Positions 24,443 to 37,399 of a DNA stretch of 64,000 nucleotides are shown here, in pieces. Location: positions 94,054,001 through 94,118,000 of the forward strand of contig JBNRSN020000013.1 of NCBI GenBank assembly GCA_051313645.2. The letters are read 5' to 3'. The DNA is from Centroscyllium fabricii. Its lineage: Eukaryota. Numbering within the stretch: position 1 is the first letter of the stretch; every line of letters begins with the position of its first letter. The position numbers and the translations under genes were made by a program. A model generated the notes under the pieces. It was not told the DNA's origin. It was given only the letters and a program-made list of their open reading frames with translations, and did not search any database.

Positions 24443-24529
24443 GGACTGAGTAAATCTACACAAGACACATATGACCAACTGCAAATGCAACCATTACCAC
24501 CAGCTGTGCCTCCGCCCCCTCGCCGCTGA
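24443..24529 (+). CDS. CD247: CD3 zeta terminal coding exon: GLSKSTQDTYDQLQMQPLPPAVPPPPRR*
   Basis: TATTTTGCAG acceptor. Matches mammalian [21 protein letters not shown] and completes ITAM3 as YQGL-x7-YDQL. TGA at 24527-24529. Confidence 0.95.
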   Translation, partial: GLSKSTQDTYDQLQMQPLPPAVPPPPRR

Positions 24530-25671
24530 GATTGATATTGCAATGCCAAGACAACAGTGGAAAACCTTTAGGATTAACTCAATTCCACCAGCATAAAAGT
24601 TAATGCTAAGCTGGAAATTGTTCCCAATAGTGTTATTTACTTGCAAGATCCAATCTTTTTTTAAATTTGCATTATCTAAAAAAAACCTGTAAAGTAAGTA
24701 TTCTATAGTAACTGTGCCAACACCGGCAAGCTTATCCAACTCTGTAGATCATATTGTATTGGTTGGTACTTTTCAAGTAATGAGAAAAGGAGGCTGAACC
24801 TACACGAATGTTTGAAACAATTACAGTTTTTGTTGCATTTTTGCATAGGACATAATGAAATGCTATGCCATACTGGAGCTGAAAATATTTAAAGTAAAGG
24901 TAACAAATATACCCAAATGGAAATATGCATTTAGAAAGATAAATAGCTTCGAACAGTGCAAAATGGAAAGAGACAGCATTGAAGCAGAATTAGGGTTTTC
25001 AATCCAATTATGAAAACCAGTTGAAATCCAATCTGAATAGGCATTTTTGGATTATTTGAGGATTAAAACAGCAATTATACAGATAAGGAACTATGTACAT
25101 ACTACAGGTACCATAAATGCAAAGTAACAAGATTTTTTTAGTTGTAAACATTTTTCTAACTAGCGATTGAATTAATTTACTTCAGTGGGGTATTGTACGA
25201 GTTGCAGTGATATTATCTGAAAATAAGTTTTTAGAAAGTGTTGTGCAAGATAGGATGATGTTACCATGCAGATTTTGGTCTCGCTTTTCTTGGTTGCAAC
25301 AGAAAGTAAACTATTTGGGTTGAGGGGCAAAACAAAAGTTATCAAACGTCCTATATAACTCACCATAGCTGGATACAAAATGGGTCACCGTCCGTTACAT
25401 GGTGCTAAGCAGAACAGTGACTTCAGCATTGCTCAGTTTTCAACTGTATAGGCATTAATTTGGGGCGAAAAGAACTGTGGCAATAAGTTTATAGCCAGGA
25501 TAAAATGTTTTGAGTTCATTTTAATTCCCTCCACTGTTCACATCTAGGCTTTGAATTTGGCTTACAAAGTAACTTTTTTTATATATCCATTTAAAAAAAA
25601 AGTTATATGTATTTATTTAAAATTAGATGATAAATTATCAGGAATATTCAAAAATGCAGAAAAAGGATATG

Positions 25672-25697
25672 AATAAAACCTAGTTCAATTAAATAAA
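25672..25697 (+). terminator. CD247: Candidate CD247 poly(A) signals (3' UTR about 1.2 kb)
   Basis: AATAAA at 25672-25677 and 25692-25697, GT-rich sequence downstream, ATTTATTTA upstream near 25611. Confidence 0.6.
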
Positions 25698-25956
25698 GCC
25701 TTTGTAATCACCCAAGTGCTTTTCAGGCTTATGTGCCTTTGTATTGTATCAGTATTTTCTGCCACTCATGGGATCTTTAGCCAAATTTAGCAGTTGTTGC
25801 CTATGCATTCAATAGCCACTGCATAAATACAGGAAAAGCAATGGCTACTTAGCTCATGTGTGATAGTCACTTTTTAATGTAGCGAGTTATGATGATCTGA
25901 AATGCACTACCTGAAGGGGCGGTGGAAGCAGATTAAGTAGTAATTTTCAAAAGGTA

Positions 25957-27400
25957 CAGGTGCACAACCCCTTATCCAAAACCCTTGGGACCAGATGTGT
26001 TTCCAATGGACCCCAACTTTTTACAATCTATATTAACGGTTTGGAGGAAGGGACCGAGTGCAATGTATCCAAGTTTGCCGATGATACTAAGATGGGAGGG
26101 AAAGCAGTGAGTGAGGAGGACATAAAAAACCTGCAAAGGGATATAGACAGGCTAGGTGAGTGGGCAAAGAATTGCCAGATGGAATATAATGTTGGAAAGT
26201 GTGAGGTTATACACTTTAGCAAAAAAAATCAAAGAGCAAATTATCTGAATGGAGAGAAACTTCAAAGTGCTAAAGTACAAAGGGATCTGGGGGTCATGGT
26301 GCATGAAACACAGAAGGTTAGTATACAGGTACAGCAGGTAATCCGGAAGTCTAATAGAATCTTGGCCTTTATTGCAAGGGGGGTGGAATATAAAAACAGG
26401 GAAGTCCTGCTGCAGTTATACAGGGTATTGGTGAGGCCACATCTGGAATACTGCGTACAGTTTTGGTTTCCATATTTGAGAAAGGATATACTTGCTCTCG
26501 AGACAGTTCAGAGAAGATTCACTCGGTTGATTCCGGAGATGAGGGGGTTGACTTATGAGGAAAGGTTGAGCCTCTACTCAATGGAGTTCAGAAGAGTGAG
26601 AGGCGATCTTATCGAAACATATAAGATTGTGAGGGGGCTTGATCGGGTGGATGCGGTGAGGATGTTTTCACTGATGGGTGAGACTAGAACTAGGGGGCAT
26701 AATCTGAGAATAAGGGGCTGCCCTTTCAAAACTGAGATGAGAAGAAACTTCTTCACTCAGAGGGTGGTGGGTCTGTGGAAATTGCTGCCCCAGACAGCTG
26801 TGGAAGCTACTACTTTGAATAAGTTTAAAACTGAGATAGACATTTCTTGGGAGTAAAGGGAATTAGGGATTACAGTGAGCGGGCAGGTAAGTGGACGTGA
26901 GGCTTAGTTCAGATCGACCATGTGATCTCCTGGACAAGTTTCGATCGCCTAGGTGAGTCGGAGAGGAATTTCCCAGATTTTTTCTCCCAAATTGGCCACT
27001 GGGTTTTTCGCCTCTCCCGGGAGATCGCATGGGTTCGGGCGGGATGGAGAGTGAAAGTAGATTTGAGGTTAAGATCAGATCAGCCATGATCTTGTTGAAT
27101 GGCGGAGCGGGCTCGAGGGACCGATTGGCCTACTCCTGCTCCTATTTCTTATGTTCTTATGTTCCGGATTTCGGAATTTTGCTACTTTCACAGTGAAATT
27201 AAACTCAAAATCACAAAACAAAAAATAATATTAGAGCAGCAGCAGACTGGTAGCAGCGCTGAGACACAACTGACGCCTCACACCTGCGTGGGTCAAGCGT
27301 CGGCCGTGTCGGGTCATGCACGAGTGACGCTCCACGAAAAAACTTTCGGTTTTCAGAGCTTTTCGAATTTGAGAATTGCGGATATGGGGTTGTATACCTG
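25957..27400. mobile_element. Tc1/pogo (Tigger-like) MITE split by a CR1 insertion, itself sitting in an older CR1 tail
   Basis: TIRs CAGGTGCACAACCCCTTATCC / GGATATGGGGTTGTATACCTG with TA on both sides. Confidence 0.8.
26005..27164 (+). mobile_element. 5'-truncated CR1 LINE
   Basis: ORF 25960-26856: [30 protein letters not shown]; tail (CTTATGTT)n. Confidence 0.93.
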
Positions 27401-30307
27401 TAATTGGATATATACCTGAAAAGGTAAAAATTGCAAGGCTACGGGGAAAGAGCAGGGAAGTGGGACTAATTGGATAGTCTTTCAGAGAGCTGCCACAGGC
27501 GTGATGGGCTGAATGGCCCCCTTCTGTCGGTTTCTGGGGGACATTTTTATAGATAGTACAGCTACTACTAATTACCTTAATGCCCTGTATTAGACATTTT
27601 ATGTTTGGCATTCTGAAAATAGGTTCCTGGTTGCTTCATAAAGCAGCTTCCTTTGTTTACTGCTAATAATTGCAGCAATCAGACTAAATCCATCATAGTC
27701 GGAGCACAACATTTTGAATACTCTGTAAAAAGATCTTTGTAGAACAAACCAAAGAACTATTCATGATTAAATTTCTGCATAGGCAGATCCAGAAAAGTGG
27801 TGAGATTAGTTGTTTCTTTTGAATGAATGGACAACCTGAACGCCTACAAAAGGTGAAATTATCAGCCAATTTTCATTCCCAACACCCTGTCTAATTGTTA
27901 CAATTTGAAGCAGCACTCCACGGTGCCATTTGTTAACTTATTTTGAATCTGGGCCTAACTGATTTAGAAAGATGATTCTATTTCTTGTTTAATTTTCTTT
28001 TGCTGTTGCTTGAAGAAATTTGTAGTTATTGTTCATTTTACACATTTTTATGTATTTAATGTTATGTTTTCTATAATGCCTGTCAACTTTTCTGTATTAA
28101 AAAATGCTAGTTATCAAGATTGATTTGAATATTAATAATCCTTTGATTCTTTAGTCCGAAGGACAGTGTGTCATTTGGAAATTTTATTTTTCAGTGAAGC
28201 CCAACAGTTTTTCCAATTAATTGACATAATTACATCAAAATAGATGAAAGTTTGAGAACAGTTAGTGACAATGGTAAACTGACCAGGATCCAAGAATGCA
28301 TTATACTAAGAATGTGCATTATAAACCAACACATTTACACTGAATAGCACAAATTCTGTAATAGGCAAGATTTAAACAATATAATCTTAATGGCATCGAA
28401 GTGGTGGGTTTCTGGCCTGGCTCTTCGTCTCCTGTAAGAATGAGAAGGGAAACAGTCCATTAGTTGGTATAAAGTAATCCCTCCTTGTAACACAGCCAGC
28501 AAAAGCCAACCAGTTAGCTTGTTATGACAAGGTGTACAGAGTGTCTTATAACAGCATAAAATGTAAAACAGGGAACAAGATGAGCACCAGGCCTACGTAG
28601 CCTTATAAACAGAGATACAATAATAAAGAAAAGCCTTATAATGGGAGTGGCACATACATCTTTATCTTTATTCATCATGGGAAGAGTGTGGTGGCATCAA
28701 TACTTGTCGTCACCTGGTACAAGTCTTAAAGTTGTTTGATTAGTTTGCTACACAGCTTTTATGACTGGCACAGCGTGAAACAAGTATTTGTCCAGAAAAG
28801 TTCAGCCAACACAAATTGCTCATGGCTGTCTTCTGCAACTGTCAATCTAAAAAAAAATCTTTAAATGCTGGGAAAAGGATAAATTAGTTGGGATTCCAAT
28901 AATTTTCCAATATGAAATATGCATCATGAGAATTCATTGCAGTGAAATTTTAAAATAATTTACTGCAATGAGTTAAAGATGTAATAGTAGAACAATTACT
29001 ATAAGCACAATCATTCTTTGGAACATAAGGACTGATTCTGTTATCTCAAGAGAATGCAGCCATTTAATCCTGTTCAGTAACAGAGGGAAGACATGACCTT
29101 AAGATTGTTGTACATGTGAACATACTTACCCAACTGGAGAGAGCTCAGCAGATTTGGTGGGGTCAGTTAATTTTAATAATTTACATGTGCTCCCTATGCA
29201 GTTTGAGCCTTGCAGAGGAACCACAATAAAGGGAGTGTGCTGAACATGATGGGCTGCTGCTCAAACTTAAAGACAAATAGCCTCATATAGGGAGACAATA
29301 TTTTTGGAGCCTATTTTAAGGCTAAAAGTTTTTAGCATTTGTAAATGCTATCGGGGGGCAGTGGAAGGAAGAACAGATGTGAGTGGTTCAAAGACAGCAT
29401 GCGGTATGAAACAGAGTAAATAGTAGAAATGGTGCTGGCCCCAACCCAGTTTGATGGCAGGTTAAATTGATATTCTGCTTAATGAACTGGGTGCAAGAAA
29501 GTTTGCCGATGGGGTCCCCCTCAGGGCACTTTCCCCAACGGATATCAGTGCACCACATCTAGCAGAAGGTGGCAGCCAGACTGAACACTGTCCAAAGTTA
29601 CTACAGAACTTGGAAATAGATGCAGGAGAAGTTGGCACACTTTAAATAATCTGGCACAGTAAGATTAATTAATAGTAGTATGCACCAGTAGCTGTCAACC
29701 TGTTGTGCATTGACTGCTTGCCCTGCCAAGTCTTCAGACAACTGTACAAGTTTTTCATTGCATTGCATACATACCCATATCTCAGCAGGCTACACAGTCA
29801 AGATGCTGTGTACAATTGGTATCCTTGACACACTCACAGCTTCAAAGGGCTTCTGGTTTGAAAGGGCAGCCATCAGTGACCCCTGCACTTTTGAGAAATG
29901 CATCAATATGGCAATATTTGGCACACGTTATGATATTCAGTGTGAATGGAGATAATTTACTATGCGGACCAATACAAAAAGTCACCTACTTGATGCACGC
30001 AGTACCTGATATTGTAGCACAAATTGGGACTGGGCCATAAATATAACAATTGAGGTCAGGTGCTGAGAGAGAGGTTGCTGATGGATTGTTGTACATCGTG
30101 CTACTTAGGTGCTAGTTCAACTATAAAATTAAATACAACAGACTGGAGACACAAGGTACGTGTTTTTCCTAGATGATTTAACACAAATTGTTTAAGATTA
30201 ACCATCAAAAAAGGTCAAGTAGTTAATGGTTGTAATACTTCAAAAGAATGGACGGCAAACATAAGCAGAAAATAACTAAGTTTCCCATCAGCATTTTAAG
30301 TCAGAAT

Positions 30308-30313
30308 TTTAAT
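30308..30313 (-). terminator. POU2F1: Candidate distal POU2F1 poly(A) signal ATTAAA
   Basis: Preceded on the minus strand by U-rich/UGUA-rich text (TTTGTATTGTAATG...TTTTGTATT...TTTTTGTAA) typical of mRNA ends. Confidence 0.4.
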
Positions 30314-32502
30314 GAACCAAGACGCCATTACAAAAATGAATACAAAATGATTAGATAAAATGACCACATTACAATACAAAAAAATCTAGCTGCAATGGAA
30401 TTATTTCATGGCAGTTATTGAAGACAGCTTTATCTGCAATGACTCACTATACAATGGAAATGATTTTGAAAAGGAAAGTTAAAAACCAAAGAGTACCTTA
30501 ATGCAGACAGAAGCAATATTGTTAAATTTGCATTTCTAATACAACTGAGCAGTTCTCAATTATCAAGAATACTTATCGCTGTGTATCTGGTTTCATAATA
30601 AATTAGAAAAAATAGGCTTTAGTTTGAATAGATATTTTTAAATTAAAGGGGTGGGGAATAAATTAACACCTTAAAGTTCAAATATTTATCCAATGTACAG
30701 CAGACCAGACTAGTAGCCATTTAACATGACCCTAAAACCAGGCATGTAAAATCAGAGATATGTGCAATCATCTAAGTCAAACTTTTTTAAAAATCTTAAA
30801 TTCAAGAGATGCTGTTTTCACATCTTGATTGGAAAGCATTGAAAAATTGTGCTCAGTTATAGTTGTCACCTACTAATTTAGATGAGTTTGTTTTTCTGGC
30901 TCTTGTGTTGAAACTCCGGATACAAGTTGTTAGTTCCAGTTCAAGCTTCTACCTGTATATTGGCTGATGATTTATCTACTAATGCAAATTTCATGAACCA
31001 GTTTTCTAAATGAAGCATGCTACAGCATTCAATGTTAGGGAGGCAGGATCATTCTCAACCTGCAGATGTTTAGTTCATTGATCAGAGAAAAACACAGCTG
31101 GGGATTTGAAAAATTAATAAGCTGAAAAAATAGATAAAATCTGTAAAATCTTGGTTACTGATTCCTAGCTAGAATTTGGCAATTTTTTACTTCTGTAGAT
31201 ATAAAACCAATATTTTGTCCTTTTGAAGTATATAAATCTTTCACCACCTTCAACTCCCGACCTAAATTGGTCATCCAACTAACTGTAGAGTTATCATAAA
31301 CAAGTTAGCTATATTTTTGTTCCCATTCAACAGGGTACTGAATTTTAAATTAAATTCTACAACCACATAACTATTTTGTTGGTGATATGATCATCTGCAA
31401 CAGACTACTAAATTTTAAGTGTTAGAAGTAACTTCCTACTTCTGACACCTAAAAAGACAATTGCTTCAAAGTTAACGCTGATCCCAAATACTGATGTTGG
31501 TTCAGCAACTATTCAAAATGTTGAGCCCCCCTAAAGAATAAGCAATTTCCCAGAAATTCCTGACTAAATTTTGTGTCAAAAATATTTTTCCAGAAAAATA
31601 TTTTTCCAAAGTGATCAGTAGTATACTAAAGGTCCCTCAATCATTGAGGTTCAATTCAGTGGTTCCAGTTAGATTTATACAAATGTGTTAAAGGATTGAA
31701 TACACAATTAAAAAGACACACAACTGAAATGATCTGCAAATGTGTAGCTACATCATTCATACTGAGAAAAACTAACACTAAACGGGGCAGAATATTTAGT
31801 ACCAGAAATAAGCAAAAACACCAAATGAAATCAAATAACTAAATTTGTCAAAGTGTAAAATTTAATATCCTGACAGTTTAGTTCTTACAGTTTCCCAAAG
31901 GTTAATCTTTGCACTTCTAATTGAGTTCATCATGAGCCAGAAATGATACTGTACATTGTAAGTTCATATGGTTATACCAGTACACAGCAATATACAAATC
32001 AATGCTTAACAATAATGCCTTATTGTTGCAATGTGTCAGTATACAATTACAATGAAGTGTGCATTCACACCAGTTTATTGTTGGAAATACTTTACACACA
32101 ACATAATGTCGCATTCCTGCTTCTAACCTCAAAGGCTAGAGCCATTTTAAACTTTCCATTACCACTCCTCAAAAAGATCATGCCATTTATTGTATTAAAA
32201 AAATTCACAGTAAAATGTTGCACAACTGAATATGAGTTAAACTGAAACTGCTGCATCAGTAATAGAAGACATACCATCCTGTGATGTAAAAATTCTGAAT
32301 CCCAGTGAGGATCAGGGTTAACAAAAACTGTATGAACCTTGATGGCTGCAACTTGTTGATATAAATGGGGTAAAATAGTTACTTAAAATTTTGCCTAATT
32401 TTGCTTCTTTCATATTCACAGTATTTTTACTGCTCCTGCCAAACTTTTTTCTTAAGTCATTTTAAATGAAGTGGACAATTGACCAAGTCAAAATATTGAA
32501 TT

Positions 32503-32810
32503 AGGGCGGCACGGTGGCATAGTGGTTAGCACTGTTGCCTCACAGCACTAGAGACCCGGATTCAAATCCAGCCTCGGGTACTATCTGTGTGGAGTTTGCA
32601 CATTCTCCCCGTGTCTGCGTGGGTTTCCTCCGGGTGCTCCAGTTTCCTCCCACAGTCCAAAGATGTGCGGGTTAGGTTGATTGGCCAGGATAAATTGACC
32701 CTTAGTGTTAGGGGGATTAAATATGTGGGGTTACGGGGATAGGGTGGGATATGTGTCGGTGCAGGCTCGATGGGCCGAAATGGTCTCTATCTGCACTGTA
32801 GGGATTCTAT
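32503..32810 (+). mobile_element. Full-length tRNA-derived V-SINE (HE1-like)
   Basis: GGGCGGCACGGTGGCATAGTGGTTAGCAC A box, GATTCAAATCC B box, V-domain GTGTGGAGTTTGCACATTCTCCCCGTGTCTGCGTGGGTTTCCTCCGGGTGCTCC. Confidence 0.88.
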
Positions 32811-35782
32811 GATAGCCAATATACAGTTGAATTTAGATTGGGCAATACTGCCCTTCTTCCAGCTATGCCTTGATCAATTATTCATTTATAAGGTTGCTAC
32901 TAGCCAACTGACGTCGATGTTCATTTACAGGCACTGTAGTACAAATAAATGGCATTTTTTCATATTGACGCACACTAGATTTATGGATGGAGAATTTTAA
33001 ACTTTATTACCTATTCGCATCTTGAAAATACTTTTGCTTGTAAACTAGTTAAACTTGCTAGTGTTGTACCCTAAACCCTTTAAACAAGTTGTGTTAGTTC
33101 TGAAAATTACTAATTAGTGGTCCATTTTAACATTGTATACCATGTCAGCATTATTCTGTTGTGTTTATTTTCAAAATCACTGGTAATAGGCAAATTTTTC
33201 TTAGGAATTGTAATTATTTTTCACCAATAAAAACTGCTTCTCTTCAAGATCAGTTTACAAAAACAGTGAAGACCTCTTTCAACTAGATGGGAAATATTTA
33301 GATCAGTGGTTTGGGGCAATTGTACAAAGTAGCAGGGTAATAACTCAAACTATTCAGAGGTCAAGCATTCTGAGATCACGCCAACAGACACTCAATGGGG
33401 CAGACTGCTCCAATCTGTAGCTGATGAAAGGACACAGGAGATCCTGATCATCAGAACACAATATTTTCTGGGCAATTCGAATGGTTGCCTAAACACAGAG
33501 TGTCAACACAGGGTCAAATTATTTACCCAATAATATGGTGAAACTGGATTAATTTATAAAGGCCTATCTGTCAAAACTGTTTTGAATCGAACTGAAAATC
33601 TTGAGCAGCCACTTTGTACGAATATCTCACATAACATTGAATAAGGAACCAGATTTAGAATTATAAACTATTACTTAAATAGCTATGTAAAACCTCACTT
33701 GCACGTCGATTTGGTAAATGAAGAACTGGATCTCTTCACAAACCCAACAGCAAAGACACTAGAAATGTTTTAGTTTAATAGATAAGTTAATTCTTATTTC
33801 ATACCTTGTCATTCCCATTCTGTAATGAACTCTCCAATTCAGTATAATGTTTTATCAAAGAACTGCTTATTTTCCATAAAGAGTCAAAGGGAAGTAAAGG
33901 GGTCTTCATTAAGCAGCCTGCAAATTACAAGCAGCATACAAGGTTGTTTAATGTGGCCAGCACCTTCGAGGTGGCTCTATGTCAACATTTAGGAGAATCC
34001 TTAAAAGTCTGGTACATTTGTTTTCATGGAGAGCAATGCTACTACTTAATGAGGAGCAATGCTGTTACAAATTAGTTGCAATCTCTCTTGCAGTTCATCA
34101 AGGCTAGACGTTTTCAGTCATAGATCAAGATTTTGATCATTTTGGAAAAGCTTCAAGCCATGCATCCAGAAGAACATCACAGGTAGTTGTCTTTATTACC
34201 AAGTTCTGAATTTGTGTTGACTGATTCAAAAATATACAGACCACATTCAGTGCAATTGTTCTGTAATTAAACAGGTTTATAACTAGTATTGCTCAATTAC
34301 CAATTGATAAATCTGGGAAACAAGAATGTAATCGTCCACAAGAACAATCACTGATTTTTTGCAGTATCCTGCACCATCTCCCTTTCATTAAATATTGATG
34401 TTTTTACAAATTCTATCTTTTTTTAAACCTAGTCAAATTGCTGAAAAAATGCTATCTTGATGAAAGAGTCTGGCAAACAGATTTTTACCACAATTGTTTA
34501 TGCAAACTATAGTCATAGGTTGAGAGTCTATTGGATCTCTCTGAAGGCAGCATTCTAAAATATCACCCATTTCAACTGCCTAATAGCAATAGCTTTTGTT
34601 TATGGTTACTGTTGAAAGGTTGTGCGTTTATTTTAGGAGAATTGCATCTTGCCCCAGAGCAACAAGCCCCTCAGGATACCATTTTGGAAGTTACCCTTCA
34701 GCATTTGAGTTGCTGCCAACTGAATTTCAGTTTAGGGCTTTTTGAAACAGGGCCGTTATCCCAGTCCTACCAAGAAGTAATAACAATTAGTACAAAATGT
34801 GAAAGCAGAACTAGCAGCTTGTACAAAGAAAACAAACCAAGGCATCTTTAAGGGCTAATTACAGTAAACCTAAAGTTGACTTGAATCCTCAACACTAAGA
34901 TGCTGTCATTACACATTAGCTACTATTTTTTGCGACATCTGCACTGGTAAAGGTCCGACATTTGTAACCATGTATCAGAAGTTTACATAAAAAATCGTCA
35001 GCGTATATGTGAACACACTCAACTATGGTACTGCATTAAGGTGCACTGGATACAGGGACGTCCGCAGGTTACCTGTGCTGCAGTCTTATGGTACAAGAAA
35101 TACACCATGCACATGAGGGGATAGCTCAATGCAGTTGAAAACCTTACAGTTACACCCGCTGAGTTGTTGCACATCTTCATTCAGACATAATGAGTTAATA
35201 AATCATGAAATTTACTAATTGGCAACAGTATCCCTTTTTTCTTGGTCATCTACAGAATTCATACACAGAATACAGTAAAAGACCACCAAAAATCATATCT
35301 ACATATCACTTTAGGCCAGCAAAAGAGGTCTTTTGCTTTAGTTCCCTTAATTCCTGATTTAAACAAGTTCAAATGTGATCAGATGCAACCAATTAGGTTA
35401 ATTCCTTAGGAATGTTTACATTCGTGATGTGGTCACGTGGAAATACTGAATAACAGATTTATTTGGACTCTTCATTCTGCCAGCTAGCCACTGAACAACA
35501 ATCTGCATGAACGTTAACAGTTTAGCTTCTTCTTTAAAGGATGCTCAGTGGCAGTCCAGGACCAGAGGGCGAGAAGGAAGGAATACCCTGAACCAAAATG
35601 AGTAATGCAAGATGCTGAAAAAGGCAAAATACATTGCCCATTTTCTAGAATTTTATGTTTAATATATGTCAACAGTAGACACCCTGTAACCACATTGTAT
35701 ATTGGTCTGGTTGGAAAGTTTGGAATTCATGCATTCCTATTTGAATTATTTTGTTGTGAATAAGCTGGATATAATATATTTT

Positions 35783-35797
35783 TTTAATTGATTTAAT
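35783..35797 (-). terminator. POU2F1: Candidate main POU2F1 poly(A) signals (two ATTAAA)
   Basis: ATTAAA at 35792-35797 and 35783-35788, ending a UGUA/U-rich block just beyond the eta-like segment. Confidence 0.45.
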
Positions 35798-37399
35798 TTT
35801 CAATGCCATTATGTAGATATACTTTTTTTTAATATAAGAAAGGAATACTGCCTATTGAAAAACTTTTTAAAAAAAAACTTCCAATAAATAACACATCTAA
35901 AGAATATAAGCCTGCGGACGTCCAAAATTGGATAATATGTACACTTTTAAAACTATGAACAACTAGGCAGTGAAAAACAGTTATGTTCTCACACACAAAG
36001 ACACACCCAAAACATACAAAAATACTATATCGTAAACTACCAAGTAAGACGATTTAATTTTTTATCTCATGCCATGACTTAAGAGCAATACACTGAAACG
36101 AACAAGGATTTGACAACAAAAAAAACCTTTTATCCCAGAAATATACCAAAATATACATCTAAGCTTTGGAATTACTGAGGTTAGACTAATGCCTGCTGGG
36201 TAATTGCATTTAATACACAATTCTAAGGTTGCAAAGAAGAAACAAATCTTTGGTATCTGCATTAGGCGAATGTTAACATTTGTATTTTGCTTTGGGATAG
36301 AGCTTGTATGATCCTACAACCCCCATTTAGTACTCAAAACATTTTTCACTAAACACAAAAAATCCATCTTTCTCCACACAAAAAAGTACTGAGTCTCTAT
36401 CTAGCACAAGGTTGAGGAATACAATGCATAGTTGCACAGTGGTATTATGAAAAGGAGATGAAACCTTTGTAAGCAAGCTACATCTTTCTTAGTCTTCATT
36501 TTTCTTTCACAAAATGAAACGGCAGCGTCCAGCCTGTTACAGTCAGTTCTGAAGAGCACCTCAGTGTGTATTAATCCAGATCACCCAGCCCAAAGGGATA
36601 AATGCCCCTCAGAAGAGCCAATCCTACCACAGGAGTCTCCAGTCTTTTAACCAATCAAATAACACATGGCGCTCCACTTTTAGCAGTCCCTCTACTGCTT
36701 CGGTAGACAGAATGAAGCAGATTTCTTTTACTTTATATCACTGTAAGCAATTCACACTTTTGGAATAAGATTAGTGTAGGACTGAAGACATTTAAAAAAA
36801 TTTTTTAGTTCATACAATCATTAATAAGTCTTTGGTTTTATCAGCACAATGTAAGGTTGTTGGCATGTAACAAAAGCACTAAGCATGACAGGAAAGACCA
36901 TCACTAACATTTACATTCAGCGAGTGAGTGCTATTCTCAGGGTATTTTTTAATGATGGACACAACACCCTTACCTGATCTGATACAAGATTGTCAAAATT
37001 GAACAGCCATTTGTTATTCAACCAATATTTGGCTACTAGCACTACTGTGCAATCGTCTGTTTGGACTTGGGTATAGCTGAGGGATAGAGCCAAGGAAAAG
37101 AATTACTGCACAGTGACAACTGTACATGACAAGGTATGAAGATGTATTCTAGTTTCCAGTGGACACAAATGCACCTCGTCAGGGATTAGGCTTGTGGTAT
37201 ACAAGCACATAAACTGTAATTTTTGTATTTAAGTGTGTGGCCTTAAGAGATTGACAATGAAGCTCCCAATATGTGAACGCATCAATAATCGTCAATAATT
37301 TGGACTGAATGGTCAAGAATGTAGTTATCCATCTGATTTACATAAATAGTAAAAATTCAGCAAGTTAAATCAGCCTACATTTTCACTCAGCTAGGTTTA

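Noticed and set aside
29556-29580. CTCF-like motif between the two genes (also near 35558 and 53830)
   Set aside because: Mismatches in the core; cannot be told from chance without ChIP or conservation data.
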